Below, in pieces: positions 17,684-27,140 of a DNA stretch of 64,000 nt (position 1 is the stretch's first letter; each line of letters begins with the position of its first letter). A model generated the notes under the pieces. The model was given only the letters and a program-made list of their open reading frames with translations. It had not been told where the DNA came from and searched no databases. Location: the NCBI GenBank assembly GCA_045589015.1, contig JAZNFG010000053.1:5118-69117 (forward strand). The letters are read 5' to 3'. The translations under genes were made by a program, and so were the position numbers. This DNA comes from Acutalibacteraceae bacterium (GTDB lineage: Bacteria; Bacillota; Clostridia; Oscillospirales; Acutalibacteraceae).

Positions 17684-19933
17684 ATGAAAAAGATGAAAAA
17701 ATTAACGGCATTCTTTCTTTCGGTTGTGATTATTGCTGCTTCTGCAGTTATTGCATCCTATGCCGCCGATGCCGATACACGTATTTTGAATATTTATTCC
17801 GACGGTATGCTGTTTCTTCAGAATTCTGAGGCTGTAATCTCCGGCACAGGCACTCCCGGCGAAAAAATAACGCTGACACTCACGGATAACCAAGATGTGA
17901 TTGCCGAATCGGAGACGGAAGTTCTTTCCGACGGTTCGTTTAACGTCAGCTTCAATACACCTGCAGGAAGCTTTACGGAATATACCATCGTGCTTAAAGA
18001 AAACGGCAAAGTATTTGATACACTTGAAAACGTTGTTTTCGGTGAATTATGGCTTGCAAGCGGTCAGAGCAATATGCAATATCCTCTGGCACAGTCAAAA
18101 ACCGGACAGGATATGTACAAAAATTCACGAAAGCTGAGCCCTTGGCTTAGAGTATTGCTTGTACCTTCTTACCCCGAATACAATAATTCCACCGAGCTCG
18201 TACCCGCACTCGAACAAAATGATATTACGGATGCCTTATGGGTAAACGGTGAAAATACGGCAGTTTACAATATGAGTGCCGTTGCATATTTCTTTGCAGA
18301 AAAGCTTATGGACACTCTCGGTATGCCCGTGGGAATACTGAATTCATCACTCGGCGGTTCATCAATTCGCTCCTGGCTTTCAAGAGAAGCAATAGAAAGC
18401 AATCCCGAATTTAAGGCATATCTTTCAGAACGGGGAGAATACTTCTCACTTTCAGAATGGAATGAATCCGCTCAAAGTATTTATTATGATATGACCGCTA
18501 ATTTCAATCAGAAAATTGCTCCGTTAAAGAATTTTCGCATTTCGGGAATGCTGTGGTATCAGGGAGAAACTGATCTTATAACAGGCAATACCCGATATGA
18601 TGATGCTCTTGACCTTTTACAGCAATCATACACCGACCTGTTTAACTACAGCGACGGCTTGCTCCCTCTTATTTTTACACAGATTGCTTCATACAACTAT
18701 TCCGAAACATCTGATATGCTCGACAACTGGAATTTTGATTTCACAAAAATGCAACAAAAAGAGTCATCGTCAAGAGCGCTGATTACAATTTATGACATCC
18801 CTCTTACCTATCTTCCCGAAGCAGGGCTTATTCATCCCGAAAGAAAAGAAGAGGTCGGTCAGCGTATGGCAGCCGCGGCAAACGGACTTTTATATAACAA
18901 AAATGACGGCTATACGACAGCTACAATCAAAAGCACGGAAATTAAGGATAACAGCATTTATATAAAGCTCGATAACACAGGCAGCGGATTAATAATTGAC
19001 GGAAAATCCGCCAAGGGCTTTAGTATTTGCGGAAGCGACGGCATCTACGTTTCAGCAACAGCGGAGGTGGTTTCACCCGATACCGTAAGGGTTTATTCTG
19101 CGGAGGTTTCTCATCCGGAATCCGTAACCTATGCTTTCGGCGTTGCGAATCAGAGCGCAAATCTTTATGCCTCAATTAACGGTGAATTATCTCTTCCTGT
19201 CGCTCCTTTTATAACGAATCCCGAATATTCTCAAAATATATGGATACAAAAATCCTGGTGCGACTGTGATGAGGAGCTTACGTGGCACACTGAGGATGAT
19301 GAATTCTCAGGCTATTACAGCACGTGGAACGGTAATAATGCAGAAATTTCCTATTCGGAAAATGACAGTCAGAACAATACCGTCGGCCTTGGCGTGTCAT
19401 CTCAGAAATGCTCCTTCAGCATCTCACCCGTTATTTCCTATAAAGATAATCTTACACAAAAGATTTTCAAGGATTCGGACAACAACCTTTCAAAATACGG
19501 TACAATAAGCTTTTACGTACGCAATAACGGTAACGAAGCCGTAATATTTGAGGGACTGAGATTCTATCAGAATCCCATTTTATGGTACTCCCCCGAGGTT
19601 TCGGGCACACTTGACACAGCCGCCGAAATCCCCGCAGACGGTCAGTGGCATCAGATTACGCTTAACTTAAATAAATTATATCATCTCGGCAATGAATGCT
19701 CCTTATCCTATACCAACGAAAAGCTTAAGGACATTTCAGAAATACGCTTCGTATTTTCTGCAAACGGAAACAGCATCTCAAAACTCAGCATAGACAATAT
19801 AACATTTGCACCGACAGGCAAAATCACATCAATTCCCTATGAAGTAGATATTAAAAATGCTGACAACATTTTTGAATTATTTACTGCTGTTTTCTTAACT
19901 ATTGTCGGAAAAATTGCTTTGTTATTCAGTTAA
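17684..19933 (+). CDS. Secreted sialate O-acetylesterase-like (SASA/DUF303) protein with a C-terminal extra domain and hydrophobic tail
   Basis: Signal peptide MKKMKKLTAFFLSVVIIAASAVIASYA. SGNH-like catalytic block LWLASGQSNMQYP, then LGGSSIRSW and WYQGETD. The terminal segment is IFELFTAVFLTIVGKIALLFS. Confidence 0.7.
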   Translation: MKKMKKLTAFFLSVVIIAASAVIASYAADADTRILNIYSDGMLFLQNSEAVISGTGTPGEKITLTLTDNQDVIAESETEVLSDGSFNVSFNTPAGSFTEYTIVLKENGKVFDTLENVVFGELWLASGQSNMQYPLAQSKTGQDMYKNSRKLSPWLRVLLVPSYPEYNNSTELVPALEQNDITDALWVNGENTAVYNMSAVAYFFAEKLMDTLGMPVGILNSSLGGSSIRSWLSREAIESNPEFKAYLSERGEYFSLSEWNESAQSIYYDMTANFNQKIAPLKNFRISGMLWYQGETDLITGNTRYDDALDLLQQSYTDLFNYSDGLLPLIFTQIASYNYSETSDMLDNWNFDFTKMQQKESSSRALITIYDIPLTYLPEAGLIHPERKEEVGQRMAAAANGLLYNKNDGYTTATIKSTEIKDNSIYIKLDNTGSGLIIDGKSAKGFSICGSDGIYVSATAEVVSPDTVRVYSAEVSHPESVTYAFGVANQSANLYASINGELSLPVAPFITNPEYSQNIWIQKSWCDCDEELTWHTEDDEFSGYYSTWNGNNAEISYSENDSQNNTVGLGVSSQKCSFSISPVISYKDNLTQKIFKDSDNNLSKYGTISFYVRNNGNEAVIFEGLRFYQNPILWYSPEVSGTLDTAAEIPADGQWHQITLNLNKLYHLGNECSLSYTNEKLKDISEIRFVFSANGNSISKLSIDNITFAPTGKITSIPYEVDIKNADNIFELFTAVFLTIVGKIALLFS

Positions 19934-20001
19934 ATAAATAAGAACAGACTTGTTTTCTGAATTCTGTTCTTCCCATACGTTCATTATAATTCAATATTTC
20001 T

Positions 20002-20048
20002 AAAAACGGTCAGCAAAAAATCAAAGTTTTTTGACGACCGTTTTTTAT
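20002..20048. terminator. Long A/T-flanked hairpin; terminator for the 17684 gene (+)
   Basis: AAAAACGGTCAGCAAAAAA...TTTTTTGACGACCGTTTTTT, an imperfect long inverted repeat ending in a T-run. Confidence 0.6.
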
Positions 20049-20050
20049 AT

Positions 20051-20090
20051 ATTAGAAACACCTACAGTCCCAAATCTTTGAGGCTGTAGG
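20051..20090 (-). terminator. Hairpin downstream of the LOR/SDH-like gene (minus strand)
   Basis: CCTACAG...CTGTAGG stem followed on the minus strand by TGTTTCTAATATATAAAAAA. The U-tract is weak. Confidence 0.4.
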
Positions 20091-20138
20091 GTAGATAAAT
20101 CGTAAGGTTAGTTTACTTGGCTAATAAACCGTAACCTT

Positions 20139-21236
20139 TTACATAAGGCCTAATCCCTTCGCAACAAGGGTGATAAAATCCTGAACGTTTGCAACCACCG
20201 TAATTGCACTAAGACTACCTCTGTCAAGCAGCTTATTAACAACAAATTCATCAATGTCAACGGTATAGATATATAAAGGACGTATGGTTTCGTCTTCCAT
20301 AACTCTGAATGAAGGTGTCATATTTCCCGTGGCAATTGTATGAAGCATTGTTGCCATACAAATAACCGTTGTTGCCTTCTTTACTATACCTCTCATAGCG
20401 TCAGCCGCTTTATAAACGTCTCCGATAACCTCAGGAAGCGGTCCGTCATCACGTATGGAGCCTGCAAGCACAAAGGGCACGTTATTCTTTACACAGCTGC
20501 ACATAATACCGTCATCAAGGTTATGGTCCTTTATGAACTGCGGAATTGAACCGCTTTTTCTGACAAGATTGCATATATCAAGGTGATTATAATGACCGTT
20601 CGGCTGAGATTTTTGGGTATATATATCCTGACCGAGAGCAGTATGAAGCAATGCACCCTCAAGGTCGTGAGTGGCAAGTGCATTTCCTGCAAGTACTCCG
20701 TGGGCATAACCGTTATTGATAAGAAGCTCCATCGCCTTTCTTGCATCAGCGTCAAAGGCAAATGCGGGGCCCATTACCCAGACAATATTACCGTGCTCCT
20801 TTTCGTGCTTGAGAAGCTCAAACAGATTATCATAATCTCTCGCATAGGAGGTTTCACGGCTTCTGCCCTGACGGAAAACAAATTTATCCTCAAGCTCGGC
20901 ATTTTCATCCGTAAAGCCGTCAACGTGAAGGAAAATTCCCTCTTCACATCTTTCGGTACGTCCGAGAATTACCCTGTCCCCCTTTTTCAGATTTCTTGCC
21001 TCAACTACCTTCAGACTATCCCCGTCTCCGATAACAACACAAGAATCCATACGGCTTTCACGTGCAAGAATCCATTTACCGTTAATCTTGAAATATTCGG
21101 GATACATAGACGTGCTGTGATAATAGTCCGGAGCGACTCCGTCACATTCGGAAACACCGACTTTTACGTCAGGTGCATTAAGGAAAATTTCTTTTGTAAA
21201 ATCGGGATGATGATATTCGGGCATCTTAAATGACAT
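20139..21236 (-). CDS. LOR/SDH-conserved-region (TIGR00300-like) protein; possible archaeal-type ornithine cyclodeaminase
   Basis: 365 aa. Contains GNIVWVMGPAFAFDA, GVLAGNALATHDLE and VLAGSIRDDGPLPEV, which as I recall are characteristic of the TIGR00300 / deoxyhypusine-synthase-like fold family. AAGGAGA RBS. Confidence 0.45.
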   Translation of the reverse strand: MSFKMPEYHHPDFTKEIFLNAPDVKVGVSECDGVAPDYYHSTSMYPEYFKINGKWILARESRMDSCVVIGDGDSLKVVEARNLKKGDRVILGRTERCEEGIFLHVDGFTDENAELEDKFVFRQGRSRETSYARDYDNLFELLKHEKEHGNIVWVMGPAFAFDADARKAMELLINNGYAHGVLAGNALATHDLEGALLHTALGQDIYTQKSQPNGHYNHLDICNLVRKSGSIPQFIKDHNLDDGIMCSCVKNNVPFVLAGSIRDDGPLPEVIGDVYKAADAMRGIVKKATTVICMATMLHTIATGNMTPSFRVMEDETIRPLYIYTVDIDEFVVNKLLDRGSLSAITVVANVQDFITLVAKGLGLM

Positions 21237-21256
21237 AAGCTATCTCCTTATTCAAA

Positions 21257-21940
21257 TCAAAAAAATAAAATTTTTACAATATAGATCACCGCAAGATGAA
21301 GCGGATAAAACACATAGAAAAGATATTTCAGATTAAGCTTTCCTCTTTTACCGTTATAAAGCGCGATAAAAGCAACACTTAACAGAGAAAACCATTGTAT
21401 TCCCCCAAGTTCAAAGGAAAGGGGAATCAATACGATAAAGGCGGCAAGAAGCTTATAGGATTTCTTCGGTGCAAAATAGACAGCTATCGGCAGCAGTAAG
21501 CCGAAAAAACCGTAATCAATATGAAATCCCTTCAAAAACGAAGGAACAACAAAGCATAAAGCTAAAGCTACCGCAATATCGGCGGCTAAAATAACACCCG
21601 ATAAAATGTTTTTCTTTTTCAGAAAATGCTCCGCCGCATAAATAGTCAAAATTGAAAGCGCAAAGGTCACAAGTACGTTCTGATACATGGACCCTTCAGC
21701 AATAAAGTAAACTATCTGGCACCCTGCCGCAAGACCTGCTATTTTCAGAAAATACTTCTTTTTATCTCTCGTATAATAGCAACCCTCTGCTATCATAAAA
21801 GAAAACACGGGAAATGCAAGCCGTCCGAAAATCTGCAGAATCGTAAGCTGCGGAAACAGCTCTTTTCCGATATGGTCACTAAGCATTGAAATAACCGCAA
21901 GAATTTTCAGCTGATTATTGGTAAGAGTTAATTTCTTCAT
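21257..21940 (-). CDS. TraX-family integral membrane protein
   Basis: N-terminal LTNNQLKILAVISMLSDHIGK (TraX signature region) and about 7 TM segments. The start overlaps the upstream stop as ATGA (21937-21940). Confidence 0.65.
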   Translation of the reverse strand: MKKLTLTNNQLKILAVISMLSDHIGKELFPQLTILQIFGRLAFPVFSFMIAEGCYYTRDKKKYFLKIAGLAAGCQIVYFIAEGSMYQNVLVTFALSILTIYAAEHFLKKKNILSGVILAADIAVALALCFVVPSFLKGFHIDYGFFGLLLPIAVYFAPKKSYKLLAAFIVLIPLSFELGGIQWFSLLSVAFIALYNGKRGKLNLKYLFYVFYPLHLAVIYIVKILFF

Positions 21941-23322
21941 AGTGATTTAATCCTGCTTTCAAATTCCGTAAAAAAGCGTTCAAGCACTTCCCTGTCGTTA
22001 TCGTTTCCTCTAAGACACATTGAAGCTGAAAGCGTTCCGTTAATTGAAAGTGCAGTCATAACGGCACAGGGCTTATTTTTAGCAGCTCCTGCAACAAAGG
22101 CATCAAAAGGACCTTTACAGCCGAGAATAAACTCCGACGGCTCAATTACACCTACGTTGCTCACGGAAAAAACCGGATTGTTATAAAATAACTTAACAAT
22201 GCTTTCTGCCTGAATATAAACCATATTCTTATAAGCCATTCTGAGAAGAGGAAGACCGTGAAGTCCCATAAACTCATCGTTCTTCAGCTCCTTCATTTTA
22301 CGGCTAACAATGTCAATAGTTTGCTTAAAGCTGTCTCCCCGTCCGTCAATATCGCAATGAACGAACGAAACGTGATTGGTATATCCTATACCCGACAAAT
22401 CCTTTATGTGCCGTCTCAGGTCAATCGCACATGCAACGCTGATTCTGTCACGGGATGAAATACCTGCAATTTCTGCAAAGGAATCAATATACGAGGCAAG
22501 AAGCAGATCCGTTACCGTAGCACCCGCACTTTTAACATAATTCCTTGCTTTTGTAAAATGCTCTCTGTCTATTTTTCGGGAAACAATTATTATATCGTCT
22601 TCCCTGTTATCGTTTTCAAAGGGAAAACGAAGCTTGAGTCTCGGTGAAACATTTGCAAACTGTCTTTTCGCCTTTCTCTTCTTGCCTTTATCAAAATCCT
22701 TATATACTTCCTCGTAGCTTCTTGAACCAAAGGAAAAAGAGAGAGGAGATACCCCATTATTTACGTATTCCGTGTAATTACGGCAGAAGTCTCTCCAAAA
22801 CATCTTAAAGCCGCCGCCGTCCATACACATATGATTCCATATAAAGCATATATAGGTTTTTCCGTTACAGATAAATAATCCGATATTCATCTGAACACGG
22901 CTCTTCAAAGGGATACTTCTCTCAAAAAATGCTGCTCTTGATTTTTCTATATCGTTTGTTTCTTCAACAGTTACAAACTCATCAACCGAATAATCCGATA
23001 CTCTCCAATAAGGCATCACAGGATGATTAATTACCTGAGCTCTGAGACAAAGCACGGTTTCAAGACAGCAGACCGCAGTATTTTTGAATTTTTCAACGTC
23101 AATGATAAAATCATAATCCAATTCAAAACGCGCAAGCCTATCCATATAATTCCGACACATCAGATTGACCTTATCATACATTTCGGTTGGCAGTCTTTTT
23201 TTTGATAATTCCGGATTACGGCTTTTAAGCTCAATAAGCTCCCTTATGACCTTTTCATCCGTCAAGCCTTTTTTACGGTATTCTTCAAAACAGGAAGCAT
23301 CGGAGTATTCTGCTTTTTTCAT
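21937..23322 (-). CDS. Stand-alone condensation-domain-like (HxxxDG) acyltransferase
   Basis: About 460 aa, the size of a C-domain. Active-site-like FIWNHMCMDGGGFKMF (HxxxDG). No carrier-protein or adenylation domain is fused. The start is the ATG at 23322 (alternatively the TTG at 23334), directly after the GH3 stop at 23338. Confidence 0.55.
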   Translation of the reverse strand: MKKAEYSDASCFEEYRKKGLTDEKVIRELIELKSRNPELSKKRLPTEMYDKVNLMCRNYMDRLARFELDYDFIIDVEKFKNTAVCCLETVLCLRAQVINHPVMPYWRVSDYSVDEFVTVEETNDIEKSRAAFFERSIPLKSRVQMNIGLFICNGKTYICFIWNHMCMDGGGFKMFWRDFCRNYTEYVNNGVSPLSFSFGSRSYEEVYKDFDKGKKRKAKRQFANVSPRLKLRFPFENDNREDDIIIVSRKIDREHFTKARNYVKSAGATVTDLLLASYIDSFAEIAGISSRDRISVACAIDLRRHIKDLSGIGYTNHVSFVHCDIDGRGDSFKQTIDIVSRKMKELKNDEFMGLHGLPLLRMAYKNMVYIQAESIVKLFYNNPVFSVSNVGVIEPSEFILGCKGPFDAFVAGAAKNKPCAVMTALSINGTLSASMCLRGNDNDREVLERFFTEFESRIKSL

Positions 23323-23337
23323 TAAATCACCCAAAAA

Positions 23338-25026
23338 TCAAACTATACGAGAAAAGAAGAAATCCTTTTTCTCATCATTATCAATTACCTTAATGGGCTT
23401 GACCTGATTGAGATTAGCACCTCTTTTTCTGAGAACCTCTCTGTACTCGTCATAAGTACCGTGTCTGAGGAATTTTACTTCAGGATGTCCCAATGCACCG
23501 CTCTTGATAAGCGGCTCAACAGAAACGTTGCCCTTGCAAAGCATTATTTCAAAGGCTTCGTTATATTTTTCTTTCTTTTCTTCACTTGCGGGATTTGCTG
23601 TTTCGAGAAGCAATACGTAGTGTCCCGGAGAAGTTGAACGGTCAGCATAAATACTGTAGCCTATATACAAATCATCCATATATTCGGACAGATTTTCAAC
23701 CATCTCGTCAAATGCCATCTGACTGATTTTTTCACCGCTTATGTTTGCAATCTGATTGAGTCTGTAGCAGAAGGTAATCTTAGGAGAACGGTGATAATAT
23801 CCCGTACATCTGACAACGTCCTCTATTCTGTATCTGTAAAAGCCGCTCGTATTAGTAAGAATCAGCTCATACTCTTTGCCCGGCTCAAGATCGCGGATCG
23901 TAAGAAGGTTATCATAGTCCGGACTGTCAACGGGTCGGAATTCATAAAAGCCGTTTTGCGGCAGCATTACGTATTCAAAGGAATTAAGCTCAATGGGAAC
24001 AGCCATAAAGGCTTCGGTTGCGGTATATCCGAGATAATGAATAGGCATTTCCTCGCCGATATAACGTCTGAGTTTTTTTGCATAAAGCGACAAGGCACCC
24101 GTTCCCATTCCGTAAAGCCATTCCACCTTCGGCCATATACGGGGAATTATCGGGGAGGAATCAAAGCCCTTTCGGAATTCTCTTCTTAACTCTTCCGCTC
24201 TTTTCGGCATTGGCTTGAGCTTTTTGGAAAGCTTTTTTCTTATATGCTCGGGAACCTGAATACTGTCATTGATTATTCCCTTTTCAATATCATCACAAAG
24301 CATTTCCCAGTTTTCTTCCATATAAAAAAACATTGATTCGAGAGTTGTGATAAATATCGTGCCGAGATAGCTTGTCTTCTTGTTGATTAATGCAAAGCGC
24401 AGCTTCAGATAGTGCATATCCATATCGGCACCCGGTTCCGGAAACAGCACCTCCTTCGGAGAGGTTGCAAAAAAAGGAACAAGAGGTCGGATATTCAGAA
24501 GAGGAATTGAAGAGAGACAGCTTATAGTACCCCCCTTTACCTTTCTCCAGGACGTTTCAGCCGTAAGCAGTCCCTTCTGAGGAGGTAATAATCTGCCCTT
24601 TCTCCAAAACCATTTTACCGCACAGCCTATCGGTGCGGAAAAACCGAAGCATTGAGCAACCCATTCAGCCCAATAAGTGAGCGGTACAAGCTTCGACTTA
24701 CCTGTGCTTCCCGAGCTTTCGGTAAAACGTCTGACAGGCATATTGGTAAGGAGTCCTTTTTCTCCGTCAGCCATTCTGTGCACGTATTCGTCGTAATCCG
24801 CATAAACGGATAAGGGTACAATTTTCTGATAGGCCTCAACCGAATCAACGTCTTTGAAATTATGCAGTCTGCCGTAAACGGTAGTCTTATTTCTTCGCAT
24901 AAGACGCATTACGATTTTTTGCTGAATGCGCCAGGCACGTCTTGAATATATATTCAGCTTTATGTGCTCACACACTCCGACGAAGGCACCGTATCCGGAA
25001 AGCAGATATCCTTTTATGTCTATCAT
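23338..25026 (-). CDS. Bacterial GH3-family (JAR1-like) acyl-adenylate-forming amido-synthetase homologue, copy B
   Basis: TESSGSTGKSKLVP, LGYTATEAFM and GFYRYRIEDVVRC. Long collinear similarity to copy A, for example ENWEMLCDDIEKG versus ANWEMICKDIENG, and KPMPKRAEELRREFRKGFD versus KPDPKRAAELRAEFEKGFD. AAGGAG RBS. Confidence 0.7.
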   Translation of the reverse strand: MIDIKGYLLSGYGAFVGVCEHIKLNIYSRRAWRIQQKIVMRLMRRNKTTVYGRLHNFKDVDSVEAYQKIVPLSVYADYDEYVHRMADGEKGLLTNMPVRRFTESSGSTGKSKLVPLTYWAEWVAQCFGFSAPIGCAVKWFWRKGRLLPPQKGLLTAETSWRKVKGGTISCLSSIPLLNIRPLVPFFATSPKEVLFPEPGADMDMHYLKLRFALINKKTSYLGTIFITTLESMFFYMEENWEMLCDDIEKGIINDSIQVPEHIRKKLSKKLKPMPKRAEELRREFRKGFDSSPIIPRIWPKVEWLYGMGTGALSLYAKKLRRYIGEEMPIHYLGYTATEAFMAVPIELNSFEYVMLPQNGFYEFRPVDSPDYDNLLTIRDLEPGKEYELILTNTSGFYRYRIEDVVRCTGYYHRSPKITFCYRLNQIANISGEKISQMAFDEMVENLSEYMDDLYIGYSIYADRSTSPGHYVLLLETANPASEEKKEKYNEAFEIMLCKGNVSVEPLIKSGALGHPEVKFLRHGTYDEYREVLRKRGANLNQVKPIKVIDNDEKKDFFFSRIV

Positions 25027-25188
25027 TTTAGGACTCCTTTAGAATTTTTCTCTATTTTATCACAAAAAATATACCGATTCAACTGTTTATAACAAGTTAA
25101 ATTAATATAAACACAATATAAAATTTTTCTTGTGATTATACTCGCATTATGATATTATTTACTTACTAAGTATAAGGAGACAACTGAA

Positions 25189-26160
25189 ATGAACGCTCAG
25201 GACAGAATGATGAACCATAAATGGGGCATTTTCAATCATTACCTGTACGGTACTGAAAAAGGTGCATCAACGTTGGATGAAATGGCAGAGGAATGGAATG
25301 AACAGGTAAATTCCTTTGACACCGAAAGATTGGCTAAAGCTCTGCACGATATCTGTTGCGGTTATTATATTATTACCGTTATGCAAGGCTCTCGGTTTAT
25401 GATTGCACCCAACGATGCTTTTACAAGAATTACGGGAATCGCTCCCGGAAAAGCCTGTGCCGAGCGCGACCTTATAAAGGATATCGGTGAAGCTCTCAAA
25501 AAATATGATATCGACCTTTTTCTGTATTTCACGGGAGACGGCCCGCATTTTGATCCAATCGCAGGACCTGCTATGGGACTTTACGAGGACTATACAGCAG
25601 GAATTCGCGGAAAGGTTGACAGAAATTTCGTAAGCAACTGGGCTTGCGTTATGGAGGAATACGCCGTACGATACGGTGACCTCATCAAGGGCTGGTGGGT
25701 TGACGGATGCTATGAAAGCCTCGGCTACAACAATGAGCTCCTGTCAATTTACTTTAACGCTATGAAAAAAGGAAATCCCGACGTAATGTCTGCATTTAAC
25801 AGCGGCACGGCAAGCTTCGTCAGCAAGGACGGAAGCGATACGCCTGTAAAATGGTTTGAAAATGAAGGCTTTACCTGCGGTGAAGATAATGACTTTACTT
25901 ATATTTTCAAAACAAGATTCACAAACGGTGCCCAAAACCATCTGCTTATCCCCTTCGGAAATTACAGAGACGGAAATATCTGTGCAGGCTGGTGCAATAC
26001 GGGAGTAAGAAGAAGCAAGGAATATGTTGCCGACTACATAAAAAAGAACAACGAAGCCGGTGCGGTTATCACGGTAGATATTTTTGTTGATCATACGGGT
26101 GCCTTTGATCCCGAGCAGGTTGAAGCATTAAAGTATATCGGAAAAAAAATACGGGAATAA
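25189..26160 (+). CDS. GH29-like (alpha-L-fucosidase-superfamily TIM barrel) protein, divergent
   Basis: HKWGIFNHYLYG, FDTERLAKAL, RDLIKDIGEALKKYDIDLFLYF and GWWVDGCY are collinear with GH29 landmarks. The canonical KHHDGF block is absent. Confidence 0.35.
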   Translation: MNAQDRMMNHKWGIFNHYLYGTEKGASTLDEMAEEWNEQVNSFDTERLAKALHDICCGYYIITVMQGSRFMIAPNDAFTRITGIAPGKACAERDLIKDIGEALKKYDIDLFLYFTGDGPHFDPIAGPAMGLYEDYTAGIRGKVDRNFVSNWACVMEEYAVRYGDLIKGWWVDGCYESLGYNNELLSIYFNAMKKGNPDVMSAFNSGTASFVSKDGSDTPVKWFENEGFTCGEDNDFTYIFKTRFTNGAQNHLLIPFGNYRDGNICAGWCNTGVRRSKEYVADYIKKNNEAGAVITVDIFVDHTGAFDPEQVEALKYIGKKIRE

Positions 26161-26208
26161 AATACACCTGAAGCGTAATAAAAAAATACTGTTGCGGAGG
26201 AAAATTAT

Positions 26209-27057
26209 ATGTTTTCATTTTTCACTAAAATCACAGCGTTTATCTGTTCATTACTCATTTCATTATGCGTTGCTCTTGATATCCCCTGCTACCCTATGGG
26301 ACAAAAGGTAAATATGGATAATTTTACGTTAACCTTCAGCGATGAATTTGAAGGTGAGCTTGACAGAAGCGTATGGTCAGGACATTATCAGTACGGCACA
26401 ACCTCAGAAGCACGCAAGGGCAGCTATTGGAATCAGTATCTTGCATACACCGAGGACGGAAATCTCATTATACCCGTTACTTATCTTTCCGACGGAATGG
26501 GAGGCACGGGAGCAGGATGGTATACTGCGGGAATTGATACGGACTCCGACTCCCCCAACGGCTTCAGCCAGAAATACGGCTACTTTGAATGCCGCTGCAT
26601 TCTCCCCGAGGGAGCAGATATCTGGAGTGCGTTCTGGCTTATGAATGACGGAGTTTACGAGGTTGACGGCTCAGGACGTGACGGAACTGAAATAGATATC
26701 TTTGAAAGTAATTGCTACGAGGACAGCCTGTCTGCCGCTATTACGTCAAACCTTCATTTTGACGGATACGGTGATGCTCATCAGAAGCACGGCGCCACTA
26801 AGTTTTTACTCAAAAACAATCCTTACGAGGAATATAATACTTACGGTCTCGAATGGAATGAAAACGAATATATCTTCTATATAAACGGCACGGAAACCTT
26901 CCGTACCGATTTCGGCGGTGTGAGCCAAAATGAGGAATATATGATCCTCTCCGTAGAAATGCGCGGAGAAAACGGAGTTCCCTCTGAAAGAGAGAATTCT
27001 CCTGCCGAAGACTCTTATTTTATTGTTGATTATGTAAGAGCTTATCAGTATAAATAA
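26209..27057 (+). CDS. GH16-family glycoside hydrolase (beta-glucanase/laminarinase-like), N-terminal signal/anchor
   Basis: Catalytic ExDxxE motif GTEIDIFE. Also WSAFWLM and the beta-jelly-roll C-terminus FIVDYVRAY. Hydrophobic N-terminus FFTKITAFICSLLISLCVAL. Confidence 0.75.
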   Translation: MFSFFTKITAFICSLLISLCVALDIPCYPMGQKVNMDNFTLTFSDEFEGELDRSVWSGHYQYGTTSEARKGSYWNQYLAYTEDGNLIIPVTYLSDGMGGTGAGWYTAGIDTDSDSPNGFSQKYGYFECRCILPEGADIWSAFWLMNDGVYEVDGSGRDGTEIDIFESNCYEDSLSAAITSNLHFDGYGDAHQKHGATKFLLKNNPYEEYNTYGLEWNENEYIFYINGTETFRTDFGGVSQNEEYMILSVEMRGENGVPSERENSPAEDSYFIVDYVRAYQYK

Positions 27058-27100
27058 GCATTTTCCGTTTATTGCGAAACGGACATAAAAAAAACAGACA

Positions 27101-27140
27101 CGGGGCTCTGCAGAAAAATTCTGCAGAGCCCCGTTAATTT
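27101..27140 (+). terminator. Intrinsic terminator after the GH16 gene
   Basis: Perfect hairpin CGGGGCTCTGCAG-aaaaatt-CTGCAGAGCCCCG followed by TTAATTT. Confidence 0.75.

Noticed and set aside
15225-25026. The two GH3 genes as a recent DNA duplication or repeat that could mediate rearrangement
   Set aside because: The similarity is evident at protein level only. I could not find extended identical nucleotide stretches between the two genes, so they are old paralogues.
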